The translations under genes and the position numbers were made by a program. Under the pieces are notes generated by a model that worked only from the letters and a program-made list of their open reading frames with translations, had not been told where the DNA came from and did not search any database. A stretch of DNA of 64,000 bases from the human T2T-CHM13v2.0 reference genome, Homo sapiens. This document shows positions 54,013-64,000 of the stretch, piece by piece. Location: the NCBI RefSeq assembly GCF_009914755.1, contig NC_060940.1; one strand, written 5' to 3'. The stretch's first letter is position 1; every line of letters starts with the position of its first letter.

Positions 54013-55714
54013 GTGATGTGTGCGTTCAACTCACAGAGTTTAACTTTTCTTTTCATTCAGCAGTTTGGAAACACTCTGTTTGTAAAGTCTGCAAGTGGAT
54101 ATCTTGGCCTCTTAGAGGCCTTCGTTGGAAACGGGTTTTATCATGTAAGGTTAGACAGAGGAATTCCCACTAACTTCCTTGTGTTGTGTGCATTCAACTC
54201 ACAGAGTTGAATGATTCTTTACACAGAGCAGATTTGAGACACTCTTTTGGTGGAATTTGTAAGTGGAGAATTCAGCTGCTTTGATGTCAACGGTAGAAAA
54301 GGAAATAATATCTTCGTATAAAAACTAGACAGAATGATTCTCAGAAACTGTTTTGTGATGTGTGCTTTCAACTCACAGAGTTTAACCTTTCTTTTCAAAG
54401 AGCAGTTAGGAAACACTCTGTTTGTAAAGTCTGCAAGTGGATATTCAGACCTCTTTGAGGCCTTCGTTGGAAACGGGATTTCTTCATATTATGCTAGACA
54501 GATGAATTCTCAGTAACTTCCTTGTGTTGTGTGTATTCAACTCACAGAGTTGAACGATCCTTTACACAGAGCAGATTTGAAACACTGTTTTTCTGGAATT
54601 TGCAAGTGGAGATTTCAGCCGCTTTGAGGTCAATGGTAGAAAAAGAAATATCTTCGTATAAAAACTAGACAGAATGATTCTCAGAAACTCCTTTGTGATG
54701 TGTGCGTTCAACTCACAGAGTTTAACCTTTCTTTTCACAGAGCAGTTAGGAAACACTCTGTTTGTGAAGCCTGCCAGTGGATATTCGGACCTCTTTGAGG
54801 CCTTCGTTGGAAACGGGATTTCTTCATATTATGCTAGACAGAAGATTTCTCAGTAACTTCTTTGTGTTGTGTGTATGCAACTCACAGAGTTCAACCTTCC
54901 TTTAGACAGAGCAGATTTGAAACACTCTTTTTGTGGAATTTGCAAGTGGAGATTTCAAGCGCATCGATGCCAATGGTAGAAAAGGAAATATCTTCGTATA
55001 AAAACAAGACAAACTCGTTCCCAGACACTGCGTAGTGATGTGTGTGTTTAACTCACAGAGTTTAACCTTTCTTTTCATACAGCATTCTGGAAACCCTGTG
55101 TTTGTAAAGTCTGCAAGTGGATATTTGGACCTCTTAGATGCCTTCGTTGGAAACGGGATTTCTTCATATAATGCTAGAGGGAAGAATTCTTAGTAACTTC
55201 TTTGTGTTGTGTGTATTCAACTGACAGAGTTGAACCTTCCTTTAGACAGAGCAGATTTGAAAGTCTCTTTTTGTGGAATTTGCAAGTGGAGATTTCAAGC
55301 GCTTTGAGGCCAAAAGCAGAAAAGGAAATATTTTCCTATAAAAACTAGACAGAATCTTTCTCAGAAACTGCTCTGGGACGTGTGCGTTCAACTCACAGAG
55401 TTTAACTTTTCTTTTCATTCAGCAGTTTGGAAACACTCTGTTTGGAAAGTCTGCACGTGGATATTTTGACCTCTTTGAGGCCTTCGTTGGAAACGGGTTT
55501 TTTTCATGTAAGGCTAGACAGAAGAAATCTCAGTAACTTCCTTGTGTTGTGTGTATTCAACTGACAGAGTTGAACCTTCCTTTAGACAGAGCAGATTCGA
55601 AACACTCTTTTTCTGCAATTTGCAAGTGGAGACTTCAAGCGCTTTGAGGCCAAAGGCAGAAAAGGAAATATCTTCGTATAAAAACCCGACAGAATCATTC
55701 TCAGAAACTGCTCT
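54013..55714 (+). repeat. 1702-bp HOR variant (3-bp AAT tandem duplication near 54307)
   Basis: GGAAATATCTTCG reads GGAAATAATATCTTCG; spacing is 1702. Also in units 57412 and 62512. Confidence 0.93.
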
Positions 55715-58700
55715 GTGATGTGTGCGTTCAACTCACAGAGTTTAACTTTTCTTTTCATTCAGCAGTTTGGAAACACTCTGTTTGTAAAGTCTGCAAGTGG
55801 ATATCTTGGCCTCTTAGAGGCCTTCGTTGGAAACGGGTTTTTTCATGTAAGGATAGACAGAGGAATTCCCAGTAACTTCCTTGTGTTGTGTGCATTCAAC
55901 TCACAGAGTTGAATGATTCTTTACACAGAGTAGATTTGAGACACTCTTTTGGTGGAATTTGTAAGTGGAGAATTCAGCCGCTTTGAGGTCAACGGTAGAA
56001 AAGGAAATATCTTCGTATAAAAACTAGACAGAATGATTCTCAGAAACTGTTTTGTGATGTGTGCGTTCAACTCACAGAGTTTAACCTTTCTTTTCAAAGA
56101 GCAGTTAGGAAACACTGTTTGTAAAGTCTGCAAGTGGATATTCAGACCTCTTTGAGGCCTTCGTTGGAAACGGGATTTCTTCATATTATGCTAGACAGAT
56201 GAATTCTCAGTAACTTCCTTGTGTTGTGTGTATTCAACTCACAGAGTTGAACGATCCTTTACACAGAGCAGATTTGAAACACTGTTTTTCTGGAATTTGC
56301 AAGTGGAGATTTCAGCCGCTTTGAGGTCAATGGTAGAAAAGGAAATATCTTCGTATAAAAACTAGACAGAATGATTCTCAGAAACTCCTTTGTGATGTGT
56401 GCGTTCAACTCACAGAGTTTAACCTTTCTTTTCACAGAGCAGTTAGGAAACACTCTGTTTGTGAAGCCTGCCAGTGGATATTCGGACCTCTTTGAGGCCT
56501 TCGTTGGAAACGGGATTTCTTCATATTATGCTAGACAGAAGATTTCTCAGTAACTTCTTTGTGTTGTGTGTATGCAACTCACAGAGTTCAACCTTCCTTT
56601 AGACAGAGCAGATTTGAAACACTCTTTTTGTGGAATTTGCAAGTGGAGATTTCAAGCGCTTCGATGCCAATGGTAGAAAAGGAAATATCTTCGTATAAAA
56701 ACAAGACAAACTCGTTCCCAGACACTGCGTAGTGATGTGTGTGTTTAACTCACAGAGTTTCACCTTTCTTTTCATACAGCATTCTGGAAACCCTGTGTTT
56801 GTAAAGTCTGCAAGTGGATATTTGGACCTCTTAGATGCCTTCGTTGGAAACGGGATTTCTTCATATAATGCTAGAGGGAAGAATTCTTAGTAACTTCTTT
56901 GTGTTGTGTGTATTCAACTGACAGAGTTGAACCTTCCTTTAGACAGAGCAGATTTGAAAGTCTCTTTTTGTGGAATTTGCAAGTGGAGATTTCAAGCGCT
57001 TTGAGGCCAAAAGCAGAAAAGGAAATATTTTCCTATAAAAACTCGACAGAATCTTTCTCAGAAACTGCTCTGGGATGTGTGCGTTCAACTCACAGAGTTT
57101 AACTTTTCTTTTCATTCAGCAGTTTGGAAACACTCTGTTTGGAAAGTCTGCACGTGGATATTTTGACCTCTTTGAGGCCTTCGTTGGAAACGGGTTTTTT
57201 TCATGTAAGGCTAGACAGAAGAAATCTCAGTAACTTCCTTGTGTTGTGTGTATTCAACTGACAGAGTTGAACCTTCCTTTAGACAGAGCAGATTCGAAAC
57301 ACTCTTTTTCTGCAATTTGCAAGTGGAGACTTCAAGCGCTTTGAGGCCAAAGGCAGAAAAGGAAATATCTTCGTATAAAAACCCGACAGAATCATTCTCA
57401 GAAACTGCTCTGTGATGTGTGCGTTCAACTCACAGAGTTTAACTTTTCTTTTCATTCAGCAGTTTGGAAACACTCTGTTTGTAAAGTCTGCAAGTGGATA
57501 TCTTGGCCTCTTAGAGGCCTTCGTTGGAAACGGGTTTTTTCATGTAAGGTTAGACAGAGGAATTCCCACTAACTTCCTTGTGTTGTGTGCATTCAACTCA
57601 CAGAGTTGAATGATTCTTTACACAGAGCAGATTTGAGACACTCTTTTGGTGGAATTTGTAAGTGGAGAATTCAGCTGCTTTGATGTCAACGGTAGAAAAG
57701 GAAATAATATCTTCGTATAAAAACTAGACAGAATGATTCTCAGAAACTGTTTTGTGATGTGTGCTTTCAACTCACAGAGTTTAACCTTTCTTTTCAAAGA
57801 GCAGTTAGGAAACACTCTGTTTGTAAAGTCTGCAAGTGGATATTCAGACCTCTTTGAGGCCTTCGTTGGAAACGGGATTTCTTCATATTATGCTAGACAG
57901 ATGAATTCTCAGTAACTTCCTTGTGTTGTGTGTATTCAACTCACAGAGTTGAACGATCCTTTACACAGAGCAGATTTGAAACACTGTTTTTCTGGAATTT
58001 GCAAGTGGAGATTTCAGCCGCTTTGAGGTCAATGGTAGAAAAAGAAATATCTTCGTATAAAAACTAGACAGAATGATTCTCAGAAACTCCTTTGTGATGT
58101 GTGCGTTCAACTCACAGAGTTTAACCTTTCTTTTCACAGAGCAGTTAGGAAACACTCTGTTTGTGAAGCCTGCCAGTGGATATTCGGACCTCTTTGAGGC
58201 CTTCGTTGGAAACGGGATTTCTTCATATTATGCTAGACAGAAGATTTCTCAGTAACTTCTTTGTGTTGTGTGTATGCAACTCACAGAGTTCAACCTTCCT
58301 TTAGACAGAGCAGATTTGAAACACTCTTTTTGTGGAATTTGCAAGTGGAGATTTCAAGCGCTTCGATGCCAATGGTAGAAAAGGAAATATCTTCGTAGAA
58401 AAACAAGACAAACTCGTTCCCAGACACTGCGTAGTGATGTGTGTGTTTAACTCACAGAGTTTAACCTTTCTTTTCATACAGCATTCTGGAAACCCTGTGT
58501 TTGTAAAGTCTGCAAGTGGATATTTGGACCTCTTAGATGCCTTCGTTGGAAACGGGATTTCTTCATATAATGCTAGAGGGAAGAATTCTTAGTAACTTCT
58601 TTGTGTTGTGTGTATTCAACTGACAGAGTTGAACCTTCCTTTAGACAGAGCAGATTTGAAAGTCTCTTTTTGTGGAATTTGCAAGTGGAGATTTCAAGCG

Positions 58701-61700
58701 CTTTGAGGCCAAAAGCAGAAAAGGAAATATTTTCCTATAAAAACTAGACAGAATCTTTCTCAGAAACTGCTCTGGGATGTGTGCGTTCAACTCACAGAGT
58801 TTAACTTTTCTTTTCATTTAGCAGTTTGGAAACACTCTGTTTGGAAAGTCTGCACGAGGATATTGTGACCTCTTTGAGGCCTTCGTTGGAAACGGGTTTT
58901 TTTCATGTAAGGCTAGACAGAAGAAATCTCAGTAACTTCCTTGTGTTGTGTGTATTCAACTGACAGAGTTGAACCTTCCTTTAGACAGAGCAGATTCGAA
59001 ACACTCTTTTTCTGCAATTTGCAAGTGGAGACTTCAAGCGCTTTGAGGCCAAAGGCAGAAAAGGAAATATCTTCGTATAAAAACCCGACAGAATCATTCT
59101 CAGAAACTGCTCTGTGATGTGTGCGTTCAACTCACAGAGTTTAACTTTTCTTTTCATTCAGCAGTTTGGAAACACTCTGTTTGTAAAGTCTGCAAGTGGA
59201 TATCTTGGCCTCTTAGAGGCCTTCGTTGGAAACGGGTTTTTTCATGTAAGGTTAGACAGAGGAATTCCCAGTAACTTCCTTGTGTTGTGTGCATTCAACT
59301 CACAGAGTTGAATGATTCTTTACACAGAGCAGATTTGAGACACTCTTTTGGTGGAATTTGTAAGTGGAGAATTCAGCTGCTTTGAGGTCAACGGTAGAAA
59401 AGGAAATATCTTCGTATAAAAACTAGACAGAATGATTCTCAGAAACTGTTTTGTGATGTGTGCGTTCAACTCACAGAGTTTAACCTTTCTTTTCAAAGAG
59501 CAGTTAGGAAACACTCTGTTTGTAAAGTCTGCAAGTGGATATTCAGACCTCTTTGAGGCCTTCGTTGGAAACGGGATTTCTTCATATTATGCTAGACAGA
59601 TGAATTCTCAGTAACTTCCTTGTGTTGTGTGTATTCAACTCACAGAGTTGAACGATCCTTTACACAGAGCAGATTTGAAACACTGTTTTTCTGGAATTTG
59701 CAAGTGGAGATTTCAGCCGCTTTGAGGTCAATGGTAGAAAAGGAAATATCTTCGTATAAAAACTAGACAGAATGATTCTCAGAAACTCCTTTGTGATGTG
59801 TGCGTTCAACTCACAGAGTTTAACCTTTCTTTTCACAGAGCAGTTAGGAAACACTCTGTTTGTGAAGCCTGCCAGTGGATATTCGGACCTCTTTGAGGCC
59901 TTCGTTGGAAACGGGATTTCTTCATATTATGCTAGACAGAAGATTTCTCAGTAACTTCTTTGTGTTGTGTGTATGCAACTCACAGAGTTCAACCTTCCTT
60001 TAGACAGAGCAGATTTGAAACACTCTTTTTGTGGAATTTGCAAGTGGAGATTTCAAGCGCTTCGATGCCAATGGTAGAAAAGGAAATATCTTCGTATAAA
60101 AACAAGACAAACTCGTTCCCAGACACTGCGTAGTGATGTGTGTGTTTAACTCACAGAGTTTCACCTTTCTTTTCATACAGCATTCTGGAAACCCTCTGTT
60201 TGTAAAGTCTGCAAGTGGATATTTGGACCTCTTAGATGCCTTCGTTGGAAACGGGATTTCTTCATATAATGCTAGAGGGAAGAATTCTTAGTAACTTCTT
60301 TGTGTTGTGTGTATTCAACTGACAGAGTTGAACCTTCCTTTAGACAGAGCAGATTTGAAAGTCTCTTTTTGTGGAATTTGCAAGTGGAGATTTCAAGCGC
60401 TTAGAGGCCAAAAGCAGAAAAGGAAATATTTTCCTATAAAAACTAGACAGAATCTTTCTCAGAAACTGCTCTGGGATGTGTGCGTTCAACTCACAGAGTA
60501 TAACTTTTCTTTTCATTCAGCAGTTTGGAAACACTCTGTTTGGAAAGTCTGCACGTGGATATTTTGACCTCTTTGAGGCCTTCGTTGGAAACGGGTTTTT
60601 TTCATGTAAGGCTAGACAGAAGAAATCTCAGTAACTTCCTTGTGTTGTGTGTATTCAACTGACAGAGTTGAACCTTCCTTTAGACAGAGCAGATTCGAAA
60701 CACTCTTTTTCTGCAATTTGCAAGTGGAGACTTCAAGCGCTTTGAGGCCAAAGGCAGAAAAGGAAATATCTTCGTATAAAAACCCGACAGAATCATTCTC
60801 AGAAACTGCTCTGTGATGTGTGCATTCAACTCACAGGGTTTAACTTTTCTTTTCATTCAGCAGTTTGGAAACACTCTGTTTGTAAAGTCTGCAAGTGGAT
60901 ATCTTGGCCTCTTAGAGGCCTTCGTTGGAAACGGGTTTTATCATGTAAGGTTAGACAGAGGAATTCCCAGTAACTTCCTTGTGTTGTGTGCATTCAACTC
61001 ACAGAGTTGAATGATTCTTTACACAGAGCAGATTTGAGACACTCTTTTGGTGGAATTTGTAAGTGGAGAATTCAGCCGCTTTGAGGTCAACGGTAGAAAA
61101 GGAAATATCTTCGTATAAAAACTAGACAGAATGATTCTCAGAAACTGTTTTGTGATGTGTGCGTTCAACTCACAGAGTTTAACCTTTCTTTTCAAAGAGC
61201 AGTTAGGAAACACTCTGTTTGTAAAGTCTGCAAGTGGATATTCAGACCTCTTTGAGGCCTTCGTTGGAAACGGGATTTCTTCATATTATGCTAGACAGAT
61301 GAATTCTCAGTAACTTCCTTGTGTTGTGTGTATTCAACTCACAGAGTTGAACGATCCTTTACACAGAGCAGATTTGAAACACTGTTTTTCTGGAATTTGC
61401 AAGTGGAGATTTCAGCCGCTTTGAGGTCAATGGTAGAAAAGGAAATATCTTCGTATAAAAACTAGACAGAATGATTCTCAGAAACTCCTTTGTGATGTGT
61501 GCGTTCAACTCACAGAGTTTAACCTTTCTTTTCACAGAGCAGTTAGGAAACACTCTGTTTGTGAAGCCTGCCAGTGGATATTCGGACCTCTTTGAGGCCT
61601 TCGTTGGAAACGGGATTTCTTCATATTATGCTAGACAGAAGATTTCTCAGTAACTTCTTTGTGTTGTGTGTATGCAACTCACAGAGTTCAACCTTCCTTT

Positions 61701-63640
61701 AGACAGAGCAGATTTGAAACACTCTTTTTGTGGAATTTGCAAGTGGAGATTTCAAGCGCTTCGATGCCAATGGTAGAAAAGGAAATATCTTCGTATAAAA
61801 ACAAGACAAACTCGTTCCCAGACACTGCGTAGTGATGTGTGTGTTTAACTCACAGAGTTTCACCTTTCTTTTCATACAGCATTCTGGAAACCCTGTGTTT
61901 GTAAAGTCTGCAAGTGGATATTTGGACCTCTTAGATGCCTTCGTTGGAAACGGGATTTCTTCATATAATGCTAGAGGGAAGAATTCTTAGTAACTTCTTT
62001 GTGTTGTGTGTATTCAACTGACAGAGTTGAACCTTCCTTTAGACAGAGCAGATTTGAAAGTCTCTTTTTGTGGAATTTGCAAGTGGAGATTTCAAGCGCT
62101 TTGAGGCCAAAAGCAGAAAAGGAAATATTTTCCTATAAAAACTCGACAGAATCTTTCTCAGAAACTGCTCTGGGATGTGTGCGTTCAACTCACAGAGTTT
62201 AACTTTTCTTTTCATTCAGCAGTTTGGAAACACTCTGTTTGGAAAGTCTGCACGTGGATATTTTGACCTCTTTGAGGCCTTCGTTGGAAACGGGTTTTTT
62301 TCATGTAAGGCTAGACAGAAGAAATCTCAGTAACTTCCTTGTGTTGTGTGTATTCAACTGACAGAGTTGAACCTTCCTTTAGACAGAGCAGATTCGAAAC
62401 ACTCTTTTTCTGCAATTTGCAAGTGGAGACTTCAAGCGCTTTGAGGCCAAAGGCAGAAAAGGTAATATCTTCGTATAAAAACCCGACAGAATCATTCTCA
62501 GAAACTGCTCTGTGATGTGTGCGTTCAACTCACAGAGTTTAACTTTTCTTTTCATTCAGCAGTTTGGAAACACTCTGTTTGTAAAGTCTGCAAGTGGATA
62601 TCTTGGCCTCTTAGAGGCCTTCGTTGGAAACGGGTTTTATCATGTAAGGTTAGACAGAGGAATTCCCACTAACTTCCTTGTGTTGTGTGCATTCAACTCA
62701 CAGAGTTGAATGATTCTTTACACAGAGCAGATTTGAGACACTCTTTTGGTGGAATTTGTAAGTGGAGAATTCAGCTGCTTTGATGTCAACGGTAGAAAAG
62801 GAAATAATATCTTCGTATAAAAACTAGACAGAATGATTCTCAGAAACTGTTTTGTGATGTGTGCTTTCAACTCACAGAGTTTAACCTTTCTTTTCAAAGA
62901 GCAGTTAGGAAACACTCTGTTTGTAAAGTCTGCAAGTGGATATTCAGACCTCTTTGAGGCCTTCGTTGGAAACGGGATTTCTTCATATTATGCTAGACAG
63001 ATGAATTCTCAGTAACTTCCTTGTGTTGTGTGTATTCAACTCACAGAGTTGAACGATCCTTTACACAGAGCAGATTTGAAACACTGTTTTTCTGGAATTT
63101 GCAAGTGGAGATTTCAGCCGCTTTGAGGTCAATGGTAGAAAAAGAAATATCTTCGTATAAAAACTAGACAGAATGATTCTCAGAAACTCCTTTGTGATGT
63201 GTGCGTTCAACTCACAGAGTTTAACCTTTCTTTTCACAGAGCAGTTAGGAAACACTCTGTTTGTGAAGCCTGCCAGTGGATATTCGGACCTCTTTGAGGC
63301 CTTCGTTGGAAACGGGATTTCTTCATATTATGCTAGACAGAAGATTTCTCAGTAACTTCTTTGTGTTGTGTGTATGCAACTCACAGAGTTCAACCTTCCT
63401 TTAGACAGAGCAGATTTGAAACACTCTTTTTGTGGAATTTGCAAGTGGAGATTTCAAGCGCTTCGATGCCAATGGTAGAAAAGGAAATATCTTCGTATAA
63501 AAACAAGACAAACTCGTTCCCAGACACTGCGTAGTGATGTGTGTGTTTAACTCACAGAGTTTAACCTTTCTTTTCATACAGCATTCTGGAAACCCTGTGT
63601 TTGTAAAGTCTGCAAGTGGATATTTGGACCTCTTAGATGC

Positions 63641-63657
63641 CTTCGTTGGTAACGGGA
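63641..63657 (+). promoter_or_regulatory. Mutated CENP-B box (core A10>T)
   Basis: CTTCGTTGGTAACGGGA; seen once. Confidence 0.8.
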
Positions 63658-64000
63658 TTTCTTCATATAATGCTAGAGGGAAGAATTCTTAGTAACTTCT
63701 TTGTGTTGTGTGTATTCAACTGACAGAGTTGAACCTTCCTTTAGACAGAGCAGATTTGAAAGTCTCTTTTTGTGGAATTTGCAAGTGGAGATTTCAAGCG
63801 CTTTGAGGCCAAAAGCAGAAAAGGAAATATTTTCCTATAAAAACTAGACAGAATCTTTCTCAGAAACTGCTCTGGGATGTGTGCGTTCAACTCACAGAGT
63901 TTAACTTTTCTTTTCATTTAGCAGTTTGGAAACACTCTGTTTGGAAAGTCTGCACGTGGATATTTTGACCTCTTTGAGGCCTTCGTTGGAAACGGGTTTT

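Larger units (their letters stand above)
1..64000 (+). repeat. Centromeric alpha-satellite HOR array, 10-mer (1699 bp), dimeric SF1-like; probably D16Z2 (human chr16)
   Basis: Seen: alphoid motifs (CTTCGTTGGAAACGGG, TTCAACTCACAGAGTT, GGAAATATCTTCGTATAAAAAC) recur every ~170/340 bp. Identical ORFs recur every 1699 bp (1693, 3392, 5091 ... 62512), all in one orientation. Knowledge: SF1 arrays are A/B dimers and D16Z2 is the SF1 array with a 1.7-kb 10-mer. The alpha-satellite call is near-certain; the chromosome assignment is inferred (~0.85). Confidence 0.98.

Noticed and set aside
200-63355. Many 60-88 aa ORFs on both strands
   Set aside because: They recur with the repeat period, and many start at TTG/GTG. 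They appear or vanish with single SNVs and indels and resemble no protein family I recognise. They are chance frames in satellite DNA, used here only as position markers.
1-64000. CRISPR-like or programmed repeat-spacer system
   Set aside because: The sequence between motifs is itself repeated. There are no unique spacers, leader or cas/recombinase genes.
1-64000. Transposon insertion (L1/Alu), inversion or unique island
   Set aside because: Every anchor spacing is 1699, 1697, 1698, 1702 or 1359 with constant orientation, leaving no room for inserted sequence.

Overview
The whole 64-kb window is one uninterrupted, single-orientation array of primate (almost certainly human) centromeric alpha-satellite DNA. 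It consists of ~170-bp monomers in alternating A/B dimers (~340 bp), with a CENP-B box in every second monomer, organised as a 10-monomer, 1699-bp higher-order repeat (HOR). About 39 HOR copies are present (37 complete, 2 partial). The dimeric SF1-type organisation with a 1.7-kb 10-mer best fits the chromosome 16 active array D16Z2; this is an inference that needs an alignment to confirm. I see no genes, RNA genes, transposons, inversions or CRISPR arrays, and all ORFs are repeat artefacts. I found no evidence of a new biological system. The informative signal is array micro-evolution: six 1359-bp 8-mer deletion variants that always carry a CpG-mutated CENP-B box, an apparent 8-mer/10-mer recombinant, small-indel HOR variants (1697/1698/1702 bp) and multi-HOR duplications (offsets 3398, 3399, 4754, 5100, 6453 and 16310 bp). 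Variants were read by eye plus ORF-track spacing, so some SNVs may be missed. Throughout, a HOR unit is named by the start of its 'MMCAFNSQ' ORF.
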